Source: Candidatus Bathyarchaeia archaeon (GTDB taxonomy: Archaea > Thermoproteota > Bathyarchaeia > Bathyarchaeales > Bathycorpusculaceae). From it: a DNA stretch of 33,630 nucleotides. Positions within the stretch are counted from its first letter, which is position 1. The number at the start of each line of letters is the position of its first letter. The DNA lies in the NCBI GenBank assembly GCA_050010515.1, contig JBEKKX010000026.1, positions 1 to 33,630 on the forward strand, written 5' to 3'. Under the pieces are notes generated by a model. The model made no database searches. It was not told the origin of the DNA and saw only the letters and a program-made list of their open reading frames with translations. Shown in pieces: positions 8,148-17,462 of the stretch. The translations under genes and the position numbers were made by a program.

Positions 8148-8285
8148 ATGCGGCAAATTCAGATCAAAAAAACAGAATTAAATTTCAAGCATTTGTTGTT
8201 CAGTGCTGGCTGTTCCGAAAAAGCTGCAAATGAACTCTGGAAATGGTATGACCCTTCTAAAAAGAAGGGCGTGGCAAGTTTCTAA
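8148..8285 (+). CDS. Small hypothetical protein, 45 aa (MRQIQIKKTELNFKHLLFSAGCSEKAANELWKWYDPSKKKGVASF)
   Basis: Below the ORF-track cutoff; TATA-like TTTATTAT ~30 nt upstream (leaderless spacing), T-rich tail after the stop. Confidence 0.55.
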   Translation: MRQIQIKKTELNFKHLLFSAGCSEKAANELWKWYDPSKKKGVASF

Positions 8286-8402
8286 TTTTATAATTTCTAA
8301 ACTAAATCAAAAATAAAAAATTACGCTGTATTCTTCTAAAATTTTATCTTTTTAGAAATATAATTTAGAAAGCACCCCTTTCGATTTTCTTCCGGCGCGC
8401 TT

Positions 8403-8594
8403 CTACTTCTCTTTTAATTTGGGAATTATCTTAGTTGCCCATTCAATTTTAGTGGAGTAGATTTCACGCAATTTTGGAGAAGTATTGGGTTCTTTAGCCT
8501 TTGCATCCATACGACGTTTGGATCGATTAGCAGCGCTATTTCGTTTGGGTTGTCCCTTCCTTTTCGTTTTATAATTTTCAGGGTTCATATTCAA
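8403..8594 (-). CDS. Small basic hypothetical protein
   Basis: 63-aa Lys/Arg-rich ORF filling an otherwise empty gap. Confidence 0.5.
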   Translation of the reverse strand: MNMNPENYKTKRKGQPKRNSAANRSKRRMDAKAKEPNTSPKLREIYSTKIEWATKIIPKLKEK

Positions 8595-8701
8595 TCTCTG
8601 CTAGTTCAAAGCTTGATACCTAACATATAGGAGTTTGCCCTCTTTTTTTGATTTAGGTGTTTGTCGCCATTAAGAAAAAATTGGTTCTTCTTGGAACCGC
8701 G

Positions 8702-9082
8702 TCAGGTCTGCGTGTTGAATAGGGGACTGGAGATTATCATGTCTGCTGTTGCTCTGTTACAGGCAGTTGGAATATTGTACAGTACTGCCATTCTAAGAAG
8801 AGCTTTAACATCAACATCATGAGGCTGAGACTCCAAAGGATCCCAAAAGAATATCAGAATATCAAGGTTCTTATTCGCAATCAAAGCTCCAAGCTCCATA
8901 TCTCCACCATAAGGTCCGCTCTTTAGCAGATTTATCGGCAATCCTGTTTTTTCAATTATCTGCTCACCGGTGCTTCCTGTTGCGTACAGGTAAAATTGAG
9001 ATAATGTTCCTTTGTTGAAATCACACCACTCAACAATATCCTTTTTCTTGTTATCATGTGCTACAAGAGCAATAGTTTTCAT
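8702..9082 (-). CDS. mgsA: Methylglyoxal synthase
   Basis: IALVAHD-x-KK, ATGSTG, SGPYGGD, FFWDPL...PHDVDVKAL, P-x-A-x-N-x-ATAD; alternative start 9097. Confidence 0.95.
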   Translation of the reverse strand: MKTIALVAHDNKKKDIVEWCDFNKGTLSQFYLYATGSTGEQIIEKTGLPINLLKSGPYGGDMELGALIANKNLDILIFFWDPLESQPHDVDVKALLRMAVLYNIPTACNRATADMIISSPLFNTQT

Positions 9083-9420
9083 ACGATTCCCTTCCATTTT
9101 GTATTAAGCCTTAAGGGCACATCAAATAAAAACATACCAGTGGGATTGGTCACGTTTTGTTGAAGTCATGTTATATTTGTAAAGGAAAAAAGAAAACTTA
9201 GCAACATGAGCAAGCCATTTCTAACCGACACCCAGCCACGCCAAAGGCTTATAAAAATAGAAACTGTATGAAGAAATGCCTTTTTTTGGGGTGCCTAGCC
9301 TATATAGTCAACAGTGCATTAGTACATAATTGTCGGATTATTCAAGAAAGAGTAAAACCTGCGCCCAAGAACATACTTTTTCAAGATAATTTCTGGCAAA
9401 CAACATCAGAAGGAGAAAAT

Positions 9421-10044
9421 TTGAACCGAAAAAAGACAACGATAATGGAGTACCTCGCTTTTCTTTCCGTAAAACAAGGTATCTACCTTTCAGAACTTTA
9501 CCAAGCCATGGTTGTAGCCAGAGAAAAAGGAAAAACCACCTGTCAAAATCTACTAGTTGAATACCGTTGCAGCCTAAAAAACGAGGCCATCTTTCTAATT
9601 ACCAAAGACACCAAAGTAATAGTGCAGTTTCGAGTTGCAGAAGAACTTCTCCGAAGAAAAGACATCTGCTTTGAAAACTGGATGGACACCGACAAAATAC
9701 GCCGACAAATGAACAGACAAAATACGTCGCCTAAACTGTCCACTCTGGTTCAGGACCTGCGGTATGGAATGAAAAAAGTTAACATAGAAGCTAAAGTTCT
9801 CGAGACGCCAACGCCCTCAACAGTCCAAACACGATACGGAAACAGTGCCAAAGTGACCAATGCTTGGATAGCGGACGAGACAGGAAAAATCAAGCTTTGC
9901 CTCTGGAATGAACAGGTAGACTTTGTTACTGTGGGCGACACCGTTCAGATTAAGAACGCTTCAGTTTCCACGTTTAAAGGTGAAAGGCAACTGCGGCTCG
10001 GAAAAACCGGAACAGTCAGCGTACTGCAAAACCGAGTCGATTGA
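9421..10044 (+). CDS. Single OB-fold ssDNA-binding (SSB/RPA-like) protein with an uncharacterised N-terminal domain
   Basis: C-terminal VNIEAKVL...IADETGKIKLCLWNEQ...VGDTVQIKNA...FKGERQL is the archaeal SSB/RPA OB fold; GGAG RBS favours TTG at 9421 over ATG at 9268. Confidence 0.85.
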   Translation: MNRKKTTIMEYLAFLSVKQGIYLSELYQAMVVAREKGKTTCQNLLVEYRCSLKNEAIFLITKDTKVIVQFRVAEELLRRKDICFENWMDTDKIRRQMNRQNTSPKLSTLVQDLRYGMKKVNIEAKVLETPTPSTVQTRYGNSAKVTNAWIADETGKIKLCLWNEQVDFVTVGDTVQIKNASVSTFKGERQLRLGKTGTVSVLQNRVD

Positions 10045-10199
10045 TAAAACAAGACCCAAGCTGTCGCGAAAAACAGAATCTACACTTAAGCTACCGATTT
10101 TGGACTATAAGCATTCATTTGCTGACTTTGCCCTTATTCGGTTAATCTTTATTTTCACCAATGTTGCTGTTCAGCTTGCGGTTAGAAACCCAGTTTTCT

Positions 10200-11000
10200 T
10201 TAAATGACTACTCTTGGGTAGAGTTTAGCTCCGATTAGCACCAAAGCTATCATGACTACGAAGAGCACAAGCAAGTCCAAGCCAACGCCGTAGGTGCTTG
10301 TTCCACCTGTGATCATAAGTCCGCGCAAGGCATCTACTGCATACGTGAGGGGATTAACTTGCGCAACAATTTGCAGCCAACGAGGCATCATTGATAGGGG
10401 GTAAATGGCGTTGCTTGCAAAGAACAAAGGCATGGTCAATACTTGACCTACACCCATGAAGCGTTCACGCGTCTTCACCAGAGAAGCTATAATGAGTGAA
10501 AACGTTGAAAACAAAGCCGAAGCCAATATTGCAACGACCACCACCAATGTTAGGTTTATGGGATTCCAGTTTATGCCTACGCCAATCAACACAGCCAGTA
10601 CATAGATGATTACGACTTGAGAAAGCGCCCGGACCCCTGCTGACAATGCTTTACCGAGAACCAACGCTTGCCGAGGAGTAGGACTAACCAGAAACTTGTG
10701 AAGAATGCCTAGGTCTCGTTCCCAGATAATAGCGATACCGTAGAAGATAGCTATAAAGAGCACGCTTTGAGCCAGAATTCCAGGCGTTATGAAGGATAGG
10801 TAAGATAGATTGCCAGTGGATATGATATGCAACCGTGTGAAGACTTCCCCGAAGATCAGCAACCAGAGCGCGGGTTGTACAGCACGGGTAATCAGCTCAG
10901 TTGGGTCATGGCGAAGTTTCCGTACCTCCATTTCGGCTATGCTCAACGTCTTATTGAAGAAGGAAACAACCGAATTGACCGCATTTTTCACCTTATCCAT
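10200..11000 (-). CDS. ABC-2 type exporter permease (DrrB-like)
   Basis: WERDLGIL...LVSP, PLFFASNAIYP, NPLTYAVDALR. Confidence 0.93.
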   Translation of the reverse strand: MDKVKNAVNSVVSFFNKTLSIAEMEVRKLRHDPTELITRAVQPALWLLIFGEVFTRLHIISTGNLSYLSFITPGILAQSVLFIAIFYGIAIIWERDLGILHKFLVSPTPRQALVLGKALSAGVRALSQVVIIYVLAVLIGVGINWNPINLTLVVVVAILASALFSTFSLIIASLVKTRERFMGVGQVLTMPLFFASNAIYPLSMMPRWLQIVAQVNPLTYAVDALRGLMITGGTSTYGVGLDLLVLFVVMIALVLIGAKLYPRVVI

Positions 11001-11007
11001 GATCGTT

Positions 11008-11805
11008 TTAGCCGAGCCTCCTCGCTGTGCGCCTTGTCATGGTCGTTTCCCTATAGCTCTCCCCCTTGTCGAGTTCTCCCCCAGTGTAGTATACGAACAC
11101 GTCATCGAGCGTAACGTTCTCCTTGTTTAGAGACGCCTTCAAATCGGTTGGTGTACCAATAACAGCTAATTTTCCTAAATGCATGATCGCCACCCTGAAG
11201 CATAGGTTGTCTGCTTCTTCCATGTAGTGCGTGGTAAGAAAGATGGTAGTGCCGTAGTCAGCTCGCAATTTTTGGATATGATCCCAGACCGCTTTGCGCC
11301 CTACCGGATCAAGACCAAGGGTGGGTTCATCCAAAAACAGAACCTTAGGACGGTGCAGCATGGATAGAGCTATTTCTAAGCGTCTGATCATGCCGCCCGA
11401 ATAGTTTTTCACAAGCTTGTCGCAGGCGTCGGTTAGCTCCATGAACTCCAGTGACTCGTCAATTCGTGTGGCGCGTTCACTTTTGGGGATATCATAAAGT
11501 TTGGCGAAGATCATCAGATTCTCGCGGCCTGTAAGGGTGCCGTCAGCGGAGAGGAGTTGAGGCACGTAGCCAATCAGTCTTCTTACGTTGCTTGCGTTAT
11601 GCACAACGTCGAAGCCTCCAACACTTGCGCTTCCAGCAGTCGGAGGTAACAAGGTGGTTAACATTTTGATGGCGGTTGATTTGCCTGCACCGTTGGGACC
11701 GAGAAGACCGAAGATTTCGCCTTCATCCACCGATATGGTCAGGTCATCAACCGCCGTTAGCTGCCCGAAACGGCGAGTGAGGTGTTCTGTTGTGAGGATA
11801 GGCAT
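11008..11805 (-). CDS. ABC-2 type exporter ATP-binding subunit (DrrA-like)
   Basis: GPNGAGKS, YSGGM, FLDEP, TTHYMEEA. Confidence 0.95.
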   Translation of the reverse strand: MPILTTEHLTRRFGQLTAVDDLTISVDEGEIFGLLGPNGAGKSTAIKMLTTLLPPTAGSASVGGFDVVHNASNVRRLIGYVPQLLSADGTLTGRENLMIFAKLYDIPKSERATRIDESLEFMELTDACDKLVKNYSGGMIRRLEIALSMLHRPKVLFLDEPTLGLDPVGRKAVWDHIQKLRADYGTTIFLTTHYMEEADNLCFRVAIMHLGKLAVIGTPTDLKASLNKENVTLDDVFVYYTGGELDKGESYRETTMTRRTARRLG

Positions 11806-11809
11806 AATG

Positions 11810-12271
11810 TTACTTCACGACTGCTTGTGTTTGTGTGCCGCTTATGAAGACAAAGCGCATAGCTTTCATGGCTTTGACAATGACTTCCCTGTCCTCAGCA
11901 CTGAGGCTGGCTATTTTGTCTGCCAGATAAGTCAAGGTACCTCGACGTGAAGTCTCCAAAATCGTTAATCCATGATTCGTAACGCCTAATTTTACACGTC
12001 GCCTGTCAACTGGATTATCTTCTCTTGTTAACATGCCGCGGGCGATAAGGCCATCCACAAGCCTAGATGTTGAGGGCAGGGTCAGTCCCATATGATTTGC
12101 CACTGCTGAGAGCGAAGCGCCTTTATTGCGGTCCACAAAGGCTAAGGTTCGGAACTGAGGAACGGTTAAATCAGGTGACCTACGACTGCGCATCTCAGAT
12201 CGGATGCCCTTCATGATGACTGGAACTACATCAAGCAACTCACGGGCTGCCTCGTCTGAAGCAACTGTCAT
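11810..12271 (-). CDS. MarR-family transcriptional regulator
   Basis: LTVPQF, HTH, DRR wing motif; first gene of the exporter operon. Confidence 0.93.
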   Translation of the reverse strand: MTVASDEAARELLDVVPVIMKGIRSEMRSRRSPDLTVPQFRTLAFVDRNKGASLSAVANHMGLTLPSTSRLVDGLIARGMLTREDNPVDRRRVKLGVTNHGLTILETSRRGTLTYLADKIASLSAEDREVIVKAMKAMRFVFISGTQTQAVVK

Positions 12272-12387
12272 ATTAATTACCTTTTCTAATGATTAGAAAA
12301 GCTAACTATTTAGTCTCGCTTAAATATGTTCCCCAAACATTCCGAAAAAATTTTTGCCAAACCCAAATCTTTCAATCAATTTCACAG

Positions 12388-12645
12388 TCACTGTTTATCT
12401 TGTGAAATTGCGTTTGGCTGTTTAATCCACACTTTGACTCTGCTTTGCACTCTTATTCTTGCCTCTGTTTGCATCAGTTTGATTTGTGCTTGGATAAATC
12501 TGTCGTCATTACAGTTGAACTCTTTTCTCAGGGCGTCTTCCAGCTTTGGCAATGAAATATGTTCAATAGAGCCAACTTGGTTCCAGAAGTGGTTTTGTAT
12601 TTTTTCTCTTTTCTTAAACGCTTCCTTCTCTGAATGAGCGGTCAT
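12388..12645 (-). CDS. Hypothetical protein (85 aa, possibly winged-helix-like)
   Basis: ATG-started, protein-like composition, co-oriented with neighbours. Confidence 0.6.
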   Translation of the reverse strand: MTAHSEKEAFKKREKIQNHFWNQVGSIEHISLPKLEDALRKEFNCNDDRFIQAQIKLMQTEARIRVQSRVKVWIKQPNAISQDKQ

Positions 12646-12712
12646 TATAATCGTTGGAAACGCTTTAGAAACCGAATGATATCAACTTTGCGGGCTCCAA
12701 AAAATTCCAAAT

Positions 12713-12832
12713 TTAACTTTCTCTTGCGCAAAACGGCAACTCATTCTTTGCCATATGATGCTTAACACATTCTTCACAGTTACTGTGGCGTGGGCAATCT
12801 TTTTTGGGGCAAGGACAATTAGGAGCAGACAT
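12713..12832 (-). CDS. 39-aa Cys/His-rich metal-binding microprotein (DUF6485-like)
   Basis: MSAPNCPCPKKDCPRHSNCEECVKHHMAKNELPFCARES; C-x-C-x4-C-x2-H-x2-C-x2-C-x2-HH...PFC pattern; TTATAT box ~25 nt upstream. Confidence 0.75.
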   Translation of the reverse strand: MSAPNCPCPKKDCPRHSNCEECVKHHMAKNELPFCARES

Positions 12833-13042
12833 TAATGTAGAGAATCTCAAACATTCCATATAATTATTGCTAACGTTAAAAGAAGAACAAAATCCAGTAT
12901 TTGCTGAACGTTCAAACAGACATCACACAGGATATAGAACCCACGTATCATAGCTTGGAAACATTAAAAAGCAGTGATGCCATGAATTTTGTCTATTCTG
13001 TCAATATACCTTCCACTCGGTTAGCAGAACAGAAGGCTTGCC

Positions 13043-15598
13043 ATGAAATCCGAAGAGCCAAAAAACCCGTCTGAACAAGAAACTCCATTTTCAGAATATG
13101 CCAAGACTGGGCTATCTTCAGAAGAAGTGGCGAAAAAGCTTCAACAGTATGGTCTTAATGAAATTCCTGAAAAGAAAGTTAGTCCATACCGCAAGTTTTT
13201 GGGTTATTTCTGGGGGCCCATCCCTTGGATGATAGAAATTGCTGCAGTATTGTCTATAATCATACAACACTACGAGGATTTTGTGCTAATTTTCACGCTG
13301 CTAATTGTGAACGCAGTAGTGGGATTCTGGCAGGAACGGAAAGCAGACAATGCTATAGAATTGTTGAAGAAGCGACTTGCACCAAAAGCCCGAGTGCTAA
13401 GAGACGGGACATGGCATGAGATACCTTCAAAGGAACTCGTCCCTGGAGACATCGTTCGTGTCCGCTTAGGTGACATTGTTCCAGCTGACGTTAAACTTAT
13501 GAAAGGCACCTACTTGCTCGCCGATGAATCCGCGTTAACCGGAGAATCCCTGCCCGTGGAAAAGCACGTTTCTGACGTTGCTTATGCAGGAGCCATCATT
13601 AGGCAAGGTGAAATGGATGCTTATGTCGTTGCAACAGGAATAAGCAGCTTCTTTGGCAAAACCGCCAAACTGGTGGCAGAAGCTAGAACCGTCAGCCACT
13701 TCCAAAAAGCCGTCATAAAAATAGGAAACTATCTGATCATCCTCGCGGCAGTAATGGTTTCGGCCGTGTTTATCGCAGAGCTCTTTCGACATGCCAATCC
13801 ATTAGCTATTCTTCAGTTTGTGCTGGTTTTGGTTGTAGCTTCGATACCTGTAGCTTTGCCTGCAGTTTTGACAGTCACTATGGCTGTTGGGGCAATCGCC
13901 CTCGCCAAAAAAGAAGCTATCGTGAGCAAGCTGGTTTCAATTGAAGAAATGGCTGGAGTTGATGTGTTATGCTCGGACAAGACTGGCACGATCACAAAGA
14001 ATGAACTTACTGTTGCAGAAGCGCAAGCCTTAGGCAAATTCGAAATTGACGATGCTCTCGTGTATGGAACATTGGCTTCTAGGGAAGAAAATCATGATCC
14101 CATCGATGATGCTGTCATCGCTAAAGCCAGATCGGTCAGTGCAGTTGCCAATGTTCTCGGTCGATACAACGTTGTTGATTTTAAGCCGTTTGACCCTGTG
14201 TGGAAGAGGACAGAAGCCACAGTGGAAAGCCGCGATGGCGATCGCTTCAAAGTGTCCAAGGGTGCACCTCAAGTCGTTTTGTCTCTTGTTTCCAACAAGA
14301 CAGAAATCGAAAACAAAGTTAGCGAGATTATAAGCACTTTTGCAAGCAAAGGGCATCGAGCGTTAGGCGTAATTAAGGGAGATGAAGAGGGCAACTGGCA
14401 ATATGTTGGGCTTCTTGCAATTTACGACCCGCCCCGCGAAGACTCTGCTGAGACAATAAAAACAGCTCAGAAGATGGGCTTAAACGTCAAGATGGTAACT
14501 GGCGACCATATTGCTATAGCTAAGCAGATTGCTCAAGAAGTTAATCTGGGCACAAACATAATCCCTGCTTCTTCTTTCATAGACAAGCCAGACAGCGAAG
14601 CGAAAGACATTATTGAAAACGCAGATGGTTTTGCCCAAGTTTTTCCCGAGCACAAATACCGCATTGTTGAGTTGCTTCAAGAAAAAGGTCACATTGTCGG
14701 CATGACAGGCGATGGAGTAAACGATGCTCCTGCATTAAAGAAAGCGGATGCAGGGGTTGCCGTTGATGGAGCAACTGACGCGGCTAAATCCGCAGCGGAT
14801 GTGGTGCTAACGAAGCCGGGACTTTCTGTCATCATCGACGCGATAAGAGAGAGCCGCAAGATTTTCGAACGAATGACCAATTACGCCGTCTACCGCATCG
14901 CCGAGACTACTCGAGTGTTAATTTTCATTGGTCTTGCAATTCTTGCCTTCAACTTCTATCCGGTAACGGCTGTTATGATAGTCATTCTTGCATTGCTTAA
15001 TGACATACCCATCATGACTATTGCATACGATAATGTGAGGGTACAAGAAAAACCCGTTCGCTGGAACATGCATGGCGTATTGATCGTGGCTTCTCTGCTT
15101 GGCACAACAGGTGTCATTTCAAGCTTCTTGCTCTTAATAATTGGCTTAAACGTATTCCACTTAAGCTTAAGCACGCTGCAGACGCTAATTTTCCTTAAAA
15201 TGGCTGTTGCAGGGCACCTGACTATTTATTTGGCACGCACTGGAGTGCGCCACTTCTGGAAACGTCCACTTCCAGCCAGTGTTCTTTTTGTAGCCACAGA
15301 GGGGACTCAAGTTGTTGGCACGTTGTTCGCTGTCTACGGCGTATTTATGCATCCTATCGGGTGGGGATTAGCTGCTTTCGTCTGGGGCTACGCGTTGTTC
15401 AGTTTCCTGATAACCGACCAGCTAAAGGTTCACTTCTTTAGATTCATGGGGCCCGAAGAAGCTTTGTCTAACGGACGACAACCTTACGTTGCTTCATCCA
15501 CATTTCCTCATATTATCTCATCCTTTTTCAAAAATTTAAAAAAGCCTTCCAATGCTAAAAATGAAGACAGCTTAAAAGAAAAGGTATACCTCGTATAG
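13043..15598 (+). CDS. P-type H+-exporting ATPase (P3A, plasma-membrane proton pump type)
   Basis: FWGPIPWMIE, TGES, IPVALP, CSDKTGT, KGAP, DPPR, TGDGVNDAP, ALLND (proton-acceptor Asp in M6). Confidence 0.96.
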   Translation: MKSEEPKNPSEQETPFSEYAKTGLSSEEVAKKLQQYGLNEIPEKKVSPYRKFLGYFWGPIPWMIEIAAVLSIIIQHYEDFVLIFTLLIVNAVVGFWQERKADNAIELLKKRLAPKARVLRDGTWHEIPSKELVPGDIVRVRLGDIVPADVKLMKGTYLLADESALTGESLPVEKHVSDVAYAGAIIRQGEMDAYVVATGISSFFGKTAKLVAEARTVSHFQKAVIKIGNYLIILAAVMVSAVFIAELFRHANPLAILQFVLVLVVASIPVALPAVLTVTMAVGAIALAKKEAIVSKLVSIEEMAGVDVLCSDKTGTITKNELTVAEAQALGKFEIDDALVYGTLASREENHDPIDDAVIAKARSVSAVANVLGRYNVVDFKPFDPVWKRTEATVESRDGDRFKVSKGAPQVVLSLVSNKTEIENKVSEIISTFASKGHRALGVIKGDEEGNWQYVGLLAIYDPPREDSAETIKTAQKMGLNVKMVTGDHIAIAKQIAQEVNLGTNIIPASSFIDKPDSEAKDIIENADGFAQVFPEHKYRIVELLQEKGHIVGMTGDGVNDAPALKKADAGVAVDGATDAAKSAADVVLTKPGLSVIIDAIRESRKIFERMTNYAVYRIAETTRVLIFIGLAILAFNFYPVTAVMIVILALLNDIPIMTIAYDNVRVQEKPVRWNMHGVLIVASLLGTTGVISSFLLLIIGLNVFHLSLSTLQTLIFLKMAVAGHLTIYLARTGVRHFWKRPLPASVLFVATEGTQVVGTLFAVYGVFMHPIGWGLAAFVWGYALFSFLITDQLKVHFFRFMGPEEALSNGRQPYVASSTFPHIISSFFKNLKKPSNAKNEDSLKEKVYLV

Positions 15599-15810
15599 GA
15601 TTTCTTGAACGAAAGAATGAGCAAGAATAGCCATTGTTTGCAGTATATTTGTCAGTTGCGAGGTTGGTTTGTTAGCAGCCTCCTCTCAGTCGCGCTTTGC
15701 TTGCGGTATTCAGTTTTATGGAAATGAAAAAGAAATATAGTCTAATCAGTACTGACATGAACTATAGAAGCGAGTGAAGGTTTGCTTTGAATTTTATTGC
15801 TTAAGGTGTT

Positions 15811-15984
15811 TCAAGGGCGGCCTGTCTTTTTTAAGATTTTATTGAGTCGCTTCTTTGGAGGTTTAGGTTTCTTATTTCTTGTCTCTTCGACCAAAACATA
15901 TTCCCACATCTTCATTGTTTTCGCTTCTTTTAAGGTTGATGTCAGTCCATTTAATGACTTACGATTACGCGCGCGCAGCGACAT
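15811..15984 (-). CDS. Possible small basic protein, 57 aa (MSLRARNRKSLNGLTSTLKEAKTMKMWEYVLVEETRNKKPKPPKKRLNKILKKTGRP)
   Basis: ATG-to-TGA ORF below the track cutoff, divergent from mscS; more protein-like than the overlapping + strand ORF. Confidence 0.4.
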   Translation of the reverse strand: MSLRARNRKSLNGLTSTLKEAKTMKMWEYVLVEETRNKKPKPPKKRLNKILKKTGRP

Positions 15985-16043
15985 ATCTTTTATTGAGAAA
16001 ACTATAGAAATATGCTTGCAAATTATGGGTAGGAAGGACTAAC

Positions 16044-16862
16044 ATGGCTAACGTTATTCACTCATTAAAAAGACTCACTGTTTTCTTAATATTCATAGTA
16101 ATCTTAAGCATAGGCACGCTCATCGTTTTCCACCTGTTCATTGCTGAACCCATAAGCTTATCCAAACTAATTGAACAAGCCGTAAACATAATCATCATTT
16201 TAGGTTTCTGGTTAGCGGCAATAATACTTATACGACGTTCTAAACCGCTTATGACTCAGCGAATAGGAAACCAAGCCGCAACAATGCTACAGTACGCACT
16301 GCTTGCAATAGCAATACTAATAATGACCTTCGGAATCCTAAACATTCTAGAAGTTTCTGCAACAGAACTTCTAACCGGTGCAGGAATAATCTCAATTACC
16401 GCCGGTCTTGTCATATCCACATTTGTCGGCAGCCTCTTGTCAGGCTTCTTAGTTTTCACTACTTACCAGTTTAAAGTAGGCGACGACGTCATGGTTAACA
16501 GTATCCCTGGAAAAGTCACAGAAATGACTGCGCTCGTTATGAGAATACAGACTGATGTGGGACAAGTTAGCATTCCAAACAGTGCAATTGCTTCAGGCGG
16601 AATAATCATAACTGCCGTTCGCAAATATGAAGAACCATTAAAGGGAGGCAGGCTACACTACGCTGTAGGTGACCGAGTCATCACCTCATACATGAATGAA
16701 CAGGGCGTAGTCAAAGAAGTAACACCACTACAGACGGTTATCCATTTGGATTCTGGAAAAGAAATAACCTTCCTAAACAACAGCGTCCTATCAGGCGCAG
16801 TATCCATAGCAAAAATAACCCAAGCACCAAACCAAACAGAAAGAAAAACAGCGCAGTCTTAA
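16044..16862 (+). CDS. MscS-family mechanosensitive channel with a duplicated beta domain
   Basis: TM helices then FKVGDDV...GKVTEM...IPNS; second copy YAVGDRV...GVVKEV...FLNN. Confidence 0.85.
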   Translation: MANVIHSLKRLTVFLIFIVILSIGTLIVFHLFIAEPISLSKLIEQAVNIIIILGFWLAAIILIRRSKPLMTQRIGNQAATMLQYALLAIAILIMTFGILNILEVSATELLTGAGIISITAGLVISTFVGSLLSGFLVFTTYQFKVGDDVMVNSIPGKVTEMTALVMRIQTDVGQVSIPNSAIASGGIIITAVRKYEEPLKGGRLHYAVGDRVITSYMNEQGVVKEVTPLQTVIHLDSGKEITFLNNSVLSGAVSIAKITQAPNQTERKTAQS

Positions 16863-16904
16863 TTAGCAAGCTCAAGACACCACTTTCAAAACTGGTAATC
16901 AACG

Positions 16905-17333
16905 ATGGTCATTGCTCCACTATCAAGCACAATTGTCGCTGTAGCCTTAATTCCAGTGGCTTTTCTGTTTTGCCACGCCTTCCTCAGCGGCAGACGAAAA
17001 AACCGTTTCCACTCCGTCTCAGGTGCCGCTGCAATTACATGGGATCTGACAGTATCTATCGGCTACATGATGTACAGAACTTTTGGGGGAGCAGTAAATG
17101 GAGAGACCCTTCAGATGTCTCCACTTATAAACGCATACTTTATGATAGTTCACGTGCCCATTGCAGTTATTGTCATGTCTTTGGAACTTGTAGTTCTCGC
17201 TATCGGTTTATTACAGCTGCATAAAAAAGCGCCGAACAAGTGGCATGGAAAACTAGCTAAGATTCTTTTTGTCATCTGGTGGTTTGCCTTCCTCTCTGGA
17301 GAAATATTCTACATAATAATGTACGTTGTATAA
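16905..17333 (+). CDS. DUF420-like four-helix membrane protein
   Basis: Four TMs with spaced His residues (RFH, IVH, KWHGKLA) and a terminal SG-x-x-x-Y. Confidence 0.6.
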   Translation: MVIAPLSSTIVAVALIPVAFLFCHAFLSGRRKNRFHSVSGAAAITWDLTVSIGYMMYRTFGGAVNGETLQMSPLINAYFMIVHVPIAVIVMSLELVVLAIGLLQLHKKAPNKWHGKLAKILFVIWWFAFLSGEIFYIIMYVV

Positions 17334-17462
17334 GAATAAGGTAAATTGCTTGCCGCTTATACCGCCATCATTCAACCCTTGAACCTTCACTTGCTTCCAG
17401 TAACGGCTAAATACTGCAAAGCCTAATTCCGTTGATGATTAAGCGTGGGGAAGAACACAAAA

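Noticed and set aside
9268-9420. N-terminal extension of the SSB-like ORF
   Set aside because: Overlaps promoter-like AT-rich DNA; GGAG RBS supports TTG at 9421
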